Assembly (NCBI GenBank): GCA_038212275.1 | Contig: JBBQUR010000002.1 | Coordinates: 222,823-286,822 of the forward strand | Length of the DNA: 64,000 nt | Direction of reading: 5' to 3' | Source of the DNA: Planctomycetota bacterium | Lineage (GTDB): Bacteria > Planctomycetota > B15-G4 | Shown here: in pieces, positions 46,804-57,824 of the stretch | Layout: each line of letters starts with the position of its first letter | Numbering within the stretch: the stretch's first letter is position 1 | Program-made: the position numbers and the translations under genes | The notes under the pieces: generated by a model | Seen by the model: only the letters and a program-made list of their open reading frames with translations | What the model was told of the DNA's origin: nothing | Databases searched by the model: none

Positions 46804-46896
46804 CCGCGCATCGCGGCGGCGAGCGTGCGCCACCGCGATGCGCGGAAGATCATGTCGTGAATCGCCGAACGCATCGCGCGACACGTCGTCGCGCGA
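46804..46896. terminator. Two GC-rich hairpins between convergent hicA and rpoZ
   Basis: 18-bp stem with one mismatch (CCGCGCATCGCGGCGGCG / CGCCACCGCGATGCGCGG, 46804-46845) and a perfect 9-bp stem TCGCGCGAC..GTCGCGCGA (46874-46896); no U-tract. Confidence 0.5.
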
Positions 46897-46919
46897 GCCG
46901 TCAGCGTGCCCCGCGGCGA

Positions 46920-47288
46920 CTACTCGTCGTCGTCGTCGCTGCCGCCGCCACCGGCATCGAAGCCGCCGCCGCCGGCGGAGGACGAGTTGTCCGCGCTGGC
47001 CATGTTGCGGGTCATGCGCGAGCGCAGCGCCTCGAGCAGTTCGGCCTCGTCGTTGGCCATCTGCGATTCGACCTGGAGCTGCTTGAGCTCCTCCTCGGAG
47101 AGGTCCACCAGCTCGATCGCGTCGGCCTCGATCTCGAGCAGCGCGATGTTGATCGGGTTGATCTCGCGCGTGTCCACGAGCTTGGGCGAACCGGCCACCA
47201 GCTCCTGCACGCGCTTCTGCAGCAGGACCGACAGGCGGAACAAACCGCCCACCTTGTCCGAGAGGGTCATGACTTTCGTGCGATCCAT
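46920..47288 (-). CDS. rpoZ: RNA polymerase omega subunit
   Basis: KVGG.FRL.VLLQKRV.EL..G; downstream of gmk, a conserved position. Confidence 0.8.
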   Translation of the reverse strand: MDRTKVMTLSDKVGGLFRLSVLLQKRVQELVAGSPKLVDTREINPINIALLEIEADAIELVDLSEEELKQLQVESQMANDEAELLEALRSRMTRNMASADNSSSAGGGGFDAGGGGSDDDDE

Positions 47289-47323
47289 CGGGGCTCTCCG
47301 TAGTACTTCGGTTGCGGTCGTGT

Positions 47324-48049
47324 TCAAAGCGTCGTCGAGCGCGGCTTGCCGTTGGCAGGCGCGCCCGGGGTGTTCGGTGCGTGCGGCGCCGGGGCGGGGC
47401 CGGGCGCGTGCGTCGTGGTCGCGCTGCCGGGGCCTTGCGGCGCGGCGGTCTTCGGCGCGGGACTCGCGGGCACAGCGTCCTCGCGCAGCTCGAGGAGCGC
47501 GAAGATCTGCGCGACGGTGGCGTCGATGGTCTCGTTGACCACGATCGTGCTGCCGGCAGCACGCGAGGCCGCCATCTCCTCGGCGGCGCGCGCGAGACGG
47601 CGCCGGATCGCGCTCTCGGCGTCGGTGCGGCGCTCGCGCAGGCGGCGCTCCAGGACGTCCATGCTGGGCGGCGCGATGAAGATGTACGTGCCGTCGTAGC
47701 CGGCCTTGCGCAGGTTCTCCGCGCCGGTGACATCCACTTCCATGAGGTAGACACGGCCGGGCTGCGCGAGCGCGGCCTGCAGCTCCGCGCGCAGCGAGCC
47801 GTAGAGGTGCCCGTTGCCGAAGACGTCGTTGGTCTCCGCGAACAGGTCCTGCGCCTTCATCTCCAGGAATTTCTCGCGCGTCACGAAGTGGTAGTCGCGG
47901 TCCGGGATCTCGCCCGTGCGCGGCTCGCGCGTCGTCACCGTCACGGCCACCATCACCGACGGATGCCGGCGCAGCCGCTCCTTGATGGTGGTCTTGCCGG
48001 TGCCGCTGGGCCCGGACATGACGACGAGCTGTCCGCGTGCGGCGCTCAT
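47324..48049 (-). CDS. gmk: Guanylate kinase
   Basis: SGPSGTGKTT, TTREPR.GE..DRDYHFV, YG, IFIAPPS...LERRL..R.TD. Confidence 0.95.
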   Translation of the reverse strand: MSAARGQLVVMSGPSGTGKTTIKERLRRHPSVMVAVTVTTREPRTGEIPDRDYHFVTREKFLEMKAQDLFAETNDVFGNGHLYGSLRAELQAALAQPGRVYLMEVDVTGAENLRKAGYDGTYIFIAPPSMDVLERRLRERRTDAESAIRRRLARAAEEMAASRAAGSTIVVNETIDATVAQIFALLELREDAVPASPAPKTAAPQGPGSATTTHAPGPAPAPHAPNTPGAPANGKPRSTTL

Positions 48050-48909
48050 TCGATGTTGGCCGCCTGCTCGCGCAGGCGCTCCACGCAGGTCTTCATGCGG
48101 ACGACCCGCGCCGCGGCGCGCGCATCGGAGCACTTGCTGCCCACGGTGTTCACCTCGCGCCCGATCTCCTGCAGCACGAAGTCGATCGAGCGGCCGACGG
48201 GCTCGCGCAGCTCGAGCGTCGCGGCCAGCGCATCGAGATGGCTGTCGAGGCGGTCGAGTTCCTCGGTGATGTCGGTGCGGCTGGCCAGCAGCGCGACCTC
48301 GCGCAGCAGCGCGGGGTCATTGCCGGACACGGCGCTGCCCGCGACGAGCGCGTCGAGGCGGCGGCGCAGGTTCGAGTGAAAGACCTTCACGGCCGCGGGC
48401 GCCAGGCGGCGCAGCGCGGTGGCGTGGCGGCGCACGGAAGATAAGTCGCGCAGCAGCGAGCGCTTGAGGCGCGCGCCCTCCGCCAGCCGCATGCGGCGCA
48501 TCTGCTCGACCGCGAGGCCCGCGACCTCGAGCACGATGCGTTCCATGTCCGTCTCGGAAACCTGCTGCTCGTCCTGCGTGATGACGCCGGGCAGCGAGAG
48601 CAGGTGGCCCGCGTCGCCGCCGCCGGCCTCCAGCAGCGCCTTGCGGTACACGGCGAGCAGCTTGTGATTCACGCGCGGAAGGCTTGCGGAGCGATCCGCG
48701 CGCAGCTTCACCAGCACGTCCACCGTGCCGCGCTGCGCGCTCTCCCGCACGATCGCCTCGAGGCGCGCCTCCACGCGGAGCATGTCCGACGGCACGCGGC
48801 AGCGCACCTGCAGGAAGCGCCCGTTCACGGAGCGTGCTTCCGCCTCGGCGGACAACGCGCCGTGACGACGCGACGCGCGCCCGAAGCCGGTCATGCTGCA
48901 AAGCGTCAA
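48046..48909 (-). CDS. yicC: YicC/YloC-family endoribonuclease
   Basis: SMTGFGRA, RSVNGRFL, DITEELDRL.SH, GRSIDF..QE..RE.NT.GSK, EQAANIE. Confidence 0.93.
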   Translation of the reverse strand: MTLCSMTGFGRASRRHGALSAEAEARSVNGRFLQVRCRVPSDMLRVEARLEAIVRESAQRGTVDVLVKLRADRSASLPRVNHKLLAVYRKALLEAGGGDAGHLLSLPGVITQDEQQVSETDMERIVLEVAGLAVEQMRRMRLAEGARLKRSLLRDLSSVRRHATALRRLAPAAVKVFHSNLRRRLDALVAGSAVSGNDPALLREVALLASRTDITEELDRLDSHLDALAATLELREPVGRSIDFVLQEIGREVNTVGSKCSDARAAARVVRMKTCVERLREQAANIE

Positions 48910-48944
48910 GCGATCATGCTCCGTTCACGCACCGTTCATGCACC

Positions 48945-49532
48945 TCAGGCGCCGGGCCGGCTGCCCGGCTTGATGGCCGTCGAGCCCGACTTGCAGAGCG
49001 GGCACTCGGCGGCCTCCCAGCTCTCGATGGGAAGCTTCAGCAGGGCCTCGTAGCGCATGTCGAAGGGCGACGTCGCGCTGCGGCACACCAGCGAACCGAG
49101 GGCCACGACGTTGCCGCCGGCCGCGCGCAGCAGGGCCACGACTTCCTTCACGCTGCCGCCGGTGGTCACGACGTCCTCGACCACGACGATGCGCTGGCCG
49201 GGCTTGATCGCGAAGCCGCGCCGCAGCGTCATGACGCCGTCCTTGCGCTCCGCGAAAAACGACGGCGTGCCGAGTCGGCGCGCGACCTCGTGCGCGACGA
49301 TGACGCCGCCGAGCGCGGGCCCGACGACGACATCGGGCCTGGCGTCCGCGAGGCGGTCCGCCAGCGCGGCGCACACGGCTTCCGCTTCGCGCGGCAGCGC
49401 AAGCAGCAGCGCGCACTGCACGTAGCGGTCGCTGTGGCGGCCGGAGGTGAGCTGGAAATGGCCCTTGAGCAGCGCGTTGGCGCGCACGAGGCGCTGCTCG
49501 ACGTCGAGAGTCGCGGGAGCGGCGGAGCTCAC
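48945..49532 (-). CDS. pyrE: Orotate phosphoribosyltransferase
   Basis: GHF.LTSGRHS..Y, VVGPALGG, FAER, VVEDVVTTGGS. Confidence 0.95.
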   Translation of the reverse strand: MSSAAPATLDVEQRLVRANALLKGHFQLTSGRHSDRYVQCALLLALPREAEAVCAALADRLADARPDVVVGPALGGVIVAHEVARRLGTPSFFAERKDGVMTLRRGFAIKPGQRIVVVEDVVTTGGSVKEVVALLRAAGGNVVALGSLVCRSATSPFDMRYEALLKLPIESWEAAECPLCKSGSTAIKPGSRPGA

Positions 49533-49951
49533 TTGCCGTCTTCCACGGGCGCGCCATCTCCCGTCGGAGCCGGTGCGCTGTCGCCGCTCGGGGGCGCGAC
49601 GTCACCGGGCATCGCGTCACCGGGCATCGCGCCGCCGGCGTCGCCGGCGCCGGGCTCCGTCGTCATCGTGCCTTCGGTGCCCGGCGTGGAGATCGGGGGC
49701 AGGACCTCGTTGAATGCGATCGACGACCCGTCGCTGCGGAGCTTCGTGATGAAGATCGCGAGCACGATGACGAGCAGCGCGACGTAGCCCGTGAACTTGT
49801 TGATGCCCTCGGCCTTCACGCCGAAGGTCTGCTGGCCGACGCCGCCGAAGGCCTCGCCGAGGCCGCCGCCCTTGCCCTCCTGGAGCAGGATCACCGCCGA
49901 GACGACGATGCAGGCCAGCACGAACACGATCCACAGAATGCTCTCGATCAT
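49529..49951 (-). CDS. secG: Preprotein translocase subunit SecG
   Basis: ILLQEGKGGGLGEAFGG..QQTFG; two TM helices; follows tpiA. Confidence 0.92.
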   Translation of the reverse strand: MIESILWIVFVLACIVVSAVILLQEGKGGGLGEAFGGVGQQTFGVKAEGINKFTGYVALLVIVLAIFITKLRSDGSSIAFNEVLPPISTPGTEGTMTTEPGAGDAGGAMPGDAMPGDVAPPSGDSAPAPTGDGAPVEDGK

Positions 49952-50742
49952 CGATCACTCCCCGCGGGGCGTGGCGCGCTGGCGCCAAGCCGGGCGATGG
50001 CTGCAAAGGAACGGAAATCCAGGGACGCGCCACCCACCAGCGCGCCGTCCACGTCGGGGCAGGCCTCGAGGGCCGCAATGTTGTCGGGCTTCACGCTGCC
50101 GCCGTACTGCACGACGACACGTTGCGCCGCGGCGTCGCCGGCCAGCTCCGCAAGTCGCGCGCGCAGCAGCGCATGCACTTCCTGCGCCTGCGCCGGCGTG
50201 GCGTTGAGGCCGGTGCCGATGGCCCACACGGGCTCGTAGGCGACGGTCAGCCGCCGCGCCACCGTGTCGGCCGGCAGGCCGGACACGCCGACCGCAAGCT
50301 GGCGCGACACCACGTCGGCGGTGGAGCCGGCCTTGCGCTCGTCCAGCGTCTCGCCGACGCACAGGATCACGTCGAGACCGGTCGCCAGCGCGATGTCGAG
50401 GCGCGCGCGCACGTCGGCGTCGGTCTCTCCGCAGAGGTGACGGCGCTCGGAGTGCCCCACGATGACGTGGGTCGCGCCGACGTCGCGGATCATGCGCGCG
50501 GAGATCTCGCCGGTGAACGCGCCGGACTCCCGCGCGTGGCAGGTCTGCGCGCCGACGACGATGCCGCTGCCCGAGAGCTCCGAGACGACGTCCGCGAGAT
50601 AGATGAAGGGCGGGAAGACGCCGAGGCGCGCCGGCGGTTTCTCGCTCGCGAGCTGCGTGAGGTGGCGGCACAGCGAGCGCACCGCGACGCGGTCGAGGTT
50701 CATCTTCCAATTGCCGGCGATGAAGGGCGTGCGTGCGCTCAT
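49948..50742 (-). CDS. tpiA: Triosephosphate isomerase
   Basis: AGNWKMN, GAFTGEIS, VGHSERR, AYEPVWAIGTG, YGGSVK, LVGGASL. Confidence 0.97.
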   Translation of the reverse strand: MSARTPFIAGNWKMNLDRVAVRSLCRHLTQLASEKPPARLGVFPPFIYLADVVSELSGSGIVVGAQTCHARESGAFTGEISARMIRDVGATHVIVGHSERRHLCGETDADVRARLDIALATGLDVILCVGETLDERKAGSTADVVSRQLAVGVSGLPADTVARRLTVAYEPVWAIGTGLNATPAQAQEVHALLRARLAELAGDAAAQRVVVQYGGSVKPDNIAALEACPDVDGALVGGASLDFRSFAAIARLGASAPRPAGSDR

Positions 50743-50744
50743 GC

Positions 50745-51965
50745 TCAACCGTTCACCGCGGCGCGGAGCTTGTCGGCGGCGGCCGGTGCGGCGGGCGTGC
50801 CGGAGCTTCCGGTCGCGCCGGACTCGCCGGGTGTGGAAGGCGTGGCAGGCGTGGCGGGAACTCCGGGCGCGGAGGATGCGACAGGTGCGGCGGCCATGCT
50901 GCGGCCGTCCATGCGCGCCAGGGCGCGCACGTCGTCCATGAGGCGCACGAAGTCCGCGGGCGGCAGCGCCTGCAGCGCGTCGCAGCGCGTGGTCTCGGGC
51001 CGCGGATGCACCTCGATGATGAGTCCGTCGGCGCCTGCGGCGATGGCCGCGCGCGCGAGCGCCGGCACGAGGCGCCAGTCTCCCGCCGAGTGCGAGGGAT
51101 CGACGATGACGGGCAGCCCGATGCGCGACTTCAGCCAGGGAATGACGCCGATGTCCAGCAGGTAGCGCACGTGACGCTCGCTGCTCTTGAGCCCGCGCTC
51201 GCAGAGGATGAGCTGCTCGTTGCCGGTCTGCAGCACGTACTCCGCCGCGAGCAGCCACTCGTCCACGTCGGCCGCCATGTGGCGCTTGAGCAACACCGGC
51301 TTGCCCGTGCGTCCCGCTTCCATGAGCAGCGGGAAGTTCTGCATGTGGCGTGCGCCGATCTGCAGGCCGTCGGCGAGATCCGCGACGAGCGACACCTGGC
51401 GCGGGTCGCTGATTTCCGTGAAGAAGGGCAGGCCGACGGCGCGCGCGGTCGCGGCCAGTTCGGTGAGTGCCGGCAGGCCGCCGCCCTGGTAGGCGTGCGG
51501 CGAGGTGCGCACCTTGAACACGCCGCCGCGCAACGCCGTGGCGCCCGCCGCGTGCACGGCCGCCGCGACATCGCGCAGTGCGTCCGGGTCCTCCACCGTG
51601 CACGGCCCGGCGATGACGGCGACGTGGCCGCCTCCGAAGGCTGCAGGGCCGACGCGCACCGTGCGCCCCGGATGCGCGACGGCTCCGCCGGAGCCGTTCG
51701 GAGTCGCGGCCCCGGGGACGACGGCGACAGCCGGCCGGCGCGTCGCCATGGCAAGCGGCGCGCGCGATGCCAGCGGCACGACGCGCTCGACACCCGGAAT
51801 GCGCTGGACACTCTCGGCGGGCACCTCGTCGGCGCCTGCCACGACGACCAGCGCCGTGCGGTCTCCGAGGCGCGTCTCTTCGACCGTGACGCCGAGCCGC
51901 TCGAGCACCGCCCGAACCGCGGATCGCTCCGACGGACCGGCATCCGGATGAAGAAGGATGATCAA
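50745..51965 (-). CDS. aroF: DAHP synthase class I-beta with N-terminal regulatory domain
   Basis: TTG start placed at LIILLHP; IAGPC.VE, GGVFKVRTSP..YQG, QIGARHMQNF.LL, KRH, LCERG, VDPSH, EVHP. Confidence 0.85.
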   Translation of the reverse strand: MIILLHPDAGPSERSAVRAVLERLGVTVEETRLGDRTALVVVAGADEVPAESVQRIPGVERVVPLASRAPLAMATRRPAVAVVPGAATPNGSGGAVAHPGRTVRVGPAAFGGGHVAVIAGPCTVEDPDALRDVAAAVHAAGATALRGGVFKVRTSPHAYQGGGLPALTELAATARAVGLPFFTEISDPRQVSLVADLADGLQIGARHMQNFPLLMEAGRTGKPVLLKRHMAADVDEWLLAAEYVLQTGNEQLILCERGLKSSERHVRYLLDIGVIPWLKSRIGLPVIVDPSHSAGDWRLVPALARAAIAAGADGLIIEVHPRPETTRCDALQALPPADFVRLMDDVRALARMDGRSMAAAPVASSAPGVPATPATPSTPGESGATGSSGTPAAPAAADKLRAAVNG

Positions 51966-52084
51966 GGCGTGCGCGTCCCGCGGAGGGCCTGCAATTTCAG
52001 GCCTTTGGAGCCCACAATCGAGCCCCACAACATAAGGAATGCCTGCCGAAGGGGTCAACCCGGCGAGACCGGCGGAAGGCCGCG

Positions 52085-53890
52085 TCAGCGCAGCAGGCCC
52101 TGGTCTTCCCGGCGCTGTTTGTCCGCCGCGTAGGTGAACCGGTCGTCCGAGGTCTCGGACAGGTCCTTGGGGAAGTCTTTCAGGCGCCTCGGATCGTAGG
52201 CCGGCTCGAGCGGGACGAGCGTGAGCATCTGGGGGTATTCGCCCCCGGTCATGCGCCAGACGGTGCCGCGGTAGCTGCTGCGCCGACCCGAATGCTCATC
52301 AAGGATCAATATCTTGATCGTGAAGACCTTGCTTGAGGTGGTCAAAAGGCTGGTGAAGTCGGTCTTCACGCCGGGGTCGAGGTTCAGGGTGAAGTGGTAC
52401 TTCTGCTCCACCTTGTCCACCACCTCCTCGGGGGTGCTGAACACGAAGTCGATGATGTTCTCGTCCTCTGCCGTGTCGCCGAAACCCGCGCCGGAGCTGC
52501 TGCCGCCGGTCCCGCCGGAGTCGGAGCCGCTGCTGCCGGAAGCCCCGCTGGCTCCCGAGCCGGTGCCGGGCTTGTCGTCGAAGAGCGATCCGCCGGTCTC
52601 GTCCAGCGCGCCCTCGAGCTGCAGCCGGATGATCTCCTTGCGGTATTCAACGATCTTTTCAATGAACGATGTGGGTATTTCATCTGGAGCAAGCGCGCGC
52701 AGTACGGTGAGCGGTGCGGTGTTGGCATTCACGAGGCCGTCGTTGGTCGGGTCGAAGCTTTCCTCGGTGTCGTCGGTGCCGGTGTCGCTTCCGCCGGCCC
52801 CGCCGGCCCCGCCGGCCTCGCCAGCACCTGCCCCGGCCCCACCGGCACCGGCGCCGCCGGCACCGGTGTTGGCGCCTGCAGTCAGGCCCGGCTTGTCGAA
52901 GAGGCTGCCCTTGGTGAACGGGCTGTCGCCGAACAGGTCATCGGTCTTCGGCTTGGGCTTGATCTCAAGGCTACTGTTGACGGTCAGATAGCGATCAAGA
53001 CCGGGGTAGAAGGTGTCGTCCTCGACGAAACCGACGAGGCGCTCCGAGGTGATGCCCTCGATGTCCGCAAGCTCACCCAGCGTGAGCGGGAAGTTCACCT
53101 TCTGGTTGTCCAGGAAGCCCGCCCCGCTCAGCTCGGTCTCGGTCTTCTCCTCGTCGGCGTTGCTGGGCTTGATCTTCGGCACCGGCACGGGATCGAAGGT
53201 GCCCCGGTTGCCGGAGACCCAGTCGTCGAGGCTGTCGATGAGGTCCGTGGCATCCACGATGGACAGGTCGCGACTCGTCCCCTCGAAGGCCTTGTCGAGC
53301 AGTCTGCGCACGATTTCGCGGTGCTTGGCGGCGATGTCCTTGTCGGGGTTCCACAGGCCGAGCAAGTTGATCTTGCTGTCCTCGTCCTCGACCTCGACGA
53401 ACATCGTGAAGTCCTGGCCGAGCGCCGGGGAGAGGGCGCTGCTGTCCTGCCACTCGTCGAGCAGGCTGTCGGTCTTCGCGATGGTGTCCGCGATGCTGGC
53501 CTGCTCATCGGAGCCGGGGCCGCCGTCGACGGAACCCGAGGCGTCACCGCCTCCATCGCCGCCACCCCCGTCTCCGCCGCCTGCCCCGCCGAGTCCCCCC
53601 AGCAGGTCGCCGCCTCCCGCGTCACCGCCGGAGCCATCGTCCGGCGTGTCCACATCGAGCAGCAGTTGAGTCTGCGCCTGCTGGAAGGCGGCGTCGGCCA
53701 GCATGCCCATGCGGGCGGCGTCGACGAAGGCGCGCGAGTGATCCAGTTCGACGGAGGCCGTGAAGCGCACCTGGAACAGGACGATCACGAGCACGAAGAG
53801 CACGAGCATCGCCAGCACGATGGAGACGCCGGCCTCGCTTCGGCGGCGCACGACGGGATGGGCACTGAACGTGTCGGGCGGTGCGTGCAT
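52085..53890 (-). CDS. gspK: Type II secretion minor pseudopilin GspK-like protein with G/S/D-rich inserts
   Basis: RRRSEAGVSIVLAMLVL prepilin-like N-terminus, VEDEDSKINL, NANTAP..VLRAL, TTSSKVFTI. Confidence 0.7.
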   Translation of the reverse strand: MHAPPDTFSAHPVVRRRSEAGVSIVLAMLVLFVLVIVLFQVRFTASVELDHSRAFVDAARMGMLADAAFQQAQTQLLLDVDTPDDGSGGDAGGGDLLGGLGGAGGGDGGGGDGGGDASGSVDGGPGSDEQASIADTIAKTDSLLDEWQDSSALSPALGQDFTMFVEVEDEDSKINLLGLWNPDKDIAAKHREIVRRLLDKAFEGTSRDLSIVDATDLIDSLDDWVSGNRGTFDPVPVPKIKPSNADEEKTETELSGAGFLDNQKVNFPLTLGELADIEGITSERLVGFVEDDTFYPGLDRYLTVNSSLEIKPKPKTDDLFGDSPFTKGSLFDKPGLTAGANTGAGGAGAGGAGAGAGEAGGAGGAGGSDTGTDDTEESFDPTNDGLVNANTAPLTVLRALAPDEIPTSFIEKIVEYRKEIIRLQLEGALDETGGSLFDDKPGTGSGASGASGSSGSDSGGTGGSSSGAGFGDTAEDENIIDFVFSTPEEVVDKVEQKYHFTLNLDPGVKTDFTSLLTTSSKVFTIKILILDEHSGRRSSYRGTVWRMTGGEYPQMLTLVPLEPAYDPRRLKDFPKDLSETSDDRFTYAADKQRREDQGLLR

Positions 53891-54115
53891 GCCTGTCTTG
53901 GACGACCTCCGTGCGCCGGGTGTTCCCGAAGCCCCGCGGGCCCGGATGTCCGGCGCCCACGGCCACGATAGCAGGGCGTCGAGGCCGGGCAGCCGGTCGT
54001 CGCCGGGAGCGGCCGGCGCCGACAGGTGCACGGCCTCGCTCCACGCCCTCGCTCCAAGCCCTCGCCCGAAAGCTGCGGTGAACCTCCGGGGGCCGTCGCC
54101 TATGATCCGCGGCCG

Positions 54116-54985
54116 ATGATCGAGCTTACGGTGGTGATTCCGGCCTACAACGAGGCCCACGGCATCCGTCCTGCCGTGACGCAGCTGGCGGAGGTGCTGG
54201 CGCGTTCGGGCATCGTTCACGAGATCCTGCTCGTGGACGACGGCAGCACGGACGGCACCGACGCGGCCATCGCCGAGCTGGCCGCCCGGCTGCCAGCGGT
54301 CCGGGCGCTGTCCCACCCGATGAACCGCGGCTACGGCGCGTCGCTCAAGACCGGCATCCTGGCGGCGAGCGCGCCCGTCATCGCCATCACGGACGCGGAC
54401 GGCACCTACCCCGAAGACTCCCTGCCCGGTCTGTATCGCGAACTGGTCGCGAAGGGCGCCGACATGGTCGTCGGCGCGCGCACCGGCGCCAGCGTGCACA
54501 TCCCGCTGGTGCGCCGGCCGGCCAAGGCCGTGCTGCGCCTGCTGGCCAACTACCTCACGGGCAAGCGCATCCCGGACCTCAACTCCGGCCTGCGCGTCTT
54601 CCGCCGCGAGCCGGTCGTCGAGCGCTTCAACCTCATCAGCGACGGCTTCTCGTTCACGACGACGGTCACGATGGCGCTGCTCTCGCGCAACCGGCCCGTG
54701 ATCTTCGTGCCGATCGACTACCGCAAGCGCACCGGCAACAGCAAGATCCGGCCCATCGCCGACACCTTCAACTTCACGGTGCTCATCCTGCGCGTCAGCA
54801 TTTTCTTCGAGCCGTTCAAGGTCTTCCTGCCGGTGTCGGGTGCGCTGGCCGTGGCCGGGCTGGCGTACGGCGGCTACCAGGTGAATCAGGGCAACCTCGG
54901 CGAGGGCCCCGTGCTGCTGCTCGTCGCCTCGCTGCAGATCTTCTGCGTCGGGCTCATCGCCGACATGATCAGCCGCAAGAACTGA
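54116..54985 (+). CDS. Glycosyltransferase family 2 (DPM/ArnC-like)
   Basis: VVIPAYNE, VDDGSTDGT, NRGYGA, DADG, GAR, DLNSGLR; two C-terminal TM helices. Confidence 0.92.
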   Translation: MIELTVVIPAYNEAHGIRPAVTQLAEVLARSGIVHEILLVDDGSTDGTDAAIAELAARLPAVRALSHPMNRGYGASLKTGILAASAPVIAITDADGTYPEDSLPGLYRELVAKGADMVVGARTGASVHIPLVRRPAKAVLRLLANYLTGKRIPDLNSGLRVFRREPVVERFNLISDGFSFTTTVTMALLSRNRPVIFVPIDYRKRTGNSKIRPIADTFNFTVLILRVSIFFEPFKVFLPVSGALAVAGLAYGGYQVNQGNLGEGPVLLLVASLQIFCVGLIADMISRKN

Positions 54986-55017
54986 GCGCACGTGTTCCTC
55001 GACCTCCGGAGACGGTC

Positions 55018-55479
55018 ATGAAGTACTTCGCAGGAATGCTGCTCGTCATCGGGCTCGGTCTCGCGCTCGCGCCGGCACCCGGTTGCAGCAGCGACGGCAG
55101 CGGCAGCGAGCGAGGCGACTTCCTGCACTCGGAGCGGCCGCTCGTCGAGCTCGACGGCCACGTATGGCAGTTGCTGGAAGTGGGCGGCCTGGCCTTCACG
55201 CTGCCGCCCGGCAGCACCGTTCCCTCCATCAGCTTCGACACGGAATCGGGCAAGGCCAGCGGGCACGCCGGCTGCAACCAGTTCTTCGGCCAGTTCGTGA
55301 TCTCGGGGTCGAGCCTGAGCTTCGAGCAGCTCGGCACCACGCGCATGGCCTGTCCGGAGCCGCTCGCAAGCGTCGAGCAGCGCTTCCTGGCCGCGCTCGG
55401 CAACACGGACGGCTACGCGATGCAGGGCAGCGAGCTGCTGCTGCTGTCGGGCTCCACCGTTCTCGCGCGGCTCCATTAG
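55018..55479 (+). CDS. META/HslJ-domain lipoprotein
   Basis: Signal peptide with Cys (APGC); W.L, SGHAGCNQFFG, TTRMAC...EQRFLAAL. Confidence 0.88.
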   Translation: MKYFAGMLLVIGLGLALAPAPGCSSDGSGSERGDFLHSERPLVELDGHVWQLLEVGGLAFTLPPGSTVPSISFDTESGKASGHAGCNQFFGQFVISGSSLSFEQLGTTRMACPEPLASVEQRFLAALGNTDGYAMQGSELLLLSGSTVLARLH

Positions 55480-55518
55480 GCGTCAGCGCGATGGCTTGAT
55501 GAAAGGAGCGCCGGACGT

Positions 55519-55734
55519 TCAGGCCGGACGCCACTTCATCGAGAGCTCCCGACCGTGAGCCGCGCAGTCGCGGAGGTACAGGTTGATGAGACTCTGGTAG
55601 GGCAGTTCCGTCTTTTCGGCGAGCACCTTGAAGTACGAGATGGTCTCCTCGTCGAGACGAATCGTCACCGAGCGCTTGAGGCGCTTGGCGTAGGGATTGC
55701 GACGAGCCTTGGAAAAGTCGTAGCTGGTTCTCAT
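55519..55734 (-). CDS. brnA: BrnA-family (CopG-like) antitoxin
   Basis: YDFSKA.RNPYA..LK..VTIRLD...I.YFK......PYQSLIN.YLR. Confidence 0.9.
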   Translation of the reverse strand: MRTSYDFSKARRNPYAKRLKRSVTIRLDEETISYFKVLAEKTELPYQSLINLYLRDCAAHGRELSMKWRPA

Positions 55735-56027
55735 GGCGCGTACCTCGTCGTGTATTGACGCTGCTCCGCGCGGATTGCCTTCCGCGCAGAGATGATTCGG
55801 ATGGTGTTCGCCGCCTCCCGGTACACATGCACCACCACGAGTACCCGAGTGGCGGCGCTGAGCCCGAGGAGGATGAAGCGGTCCTCGACGTCGGAGTGAT
55901 CCGGGTCGTCGATGAGAAGTGCGGCTTCGTCCGCGAACACGGTCGTGTCTTCGTCAAACGTGATGCCATGCTTCGCCCGGTTGGCTGAGGCCTTGCGCGG
56001 ATCCCATTCGAAGTCGACTGCCGGCAT
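55731..56027 (-). CDS. brnT: BrnT-family ribonuclease toxin
   Basis: FEWD..K...N..KHGI.F, D..HS..EDRF..LG, IRIISARKA; ATGA overlap with the antitoxin. Confidence 0.92.
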   Translation of the reverse strand: MPAVDFEWDPRKASANRAKHGITFDEDTTVFADEAALLIDDPDHSDVEDRFILLGLSAATRVLVVVHVYREAANTIRIISARKAIRAEQRQYTTRYAP

Positions 56028-56040
56028 GCTGCCAGTGTAG

Positions 56041-56051
56041 GTACAATGTAC
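56041..56051. promoter_or_regulatory. Palindrome upstream of brnT (candidate autorepression operator)
   Basis: GTACA-A-TGTAC, next to a TACACT -10 hexamer that lies 6 nt before the brnT ATG. Confidence 0.45.
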
Positions 56052-56186
56052 GCACGCTGCACGCTACAAGAGGGGGGCGGCGTTCTCCGTTCACCCGGCG
56101 CGAAGGGTGCTGGACCCCAACGCCTGCGTCGGCGATTCTCTGGGGCTTCGCGGTCCGCACCGCACGCGCCCCTCGACAGGCACAGC

Positions 56187-57821
<1,635 letters not shown>

Positions 57822-57824
57822 CGC

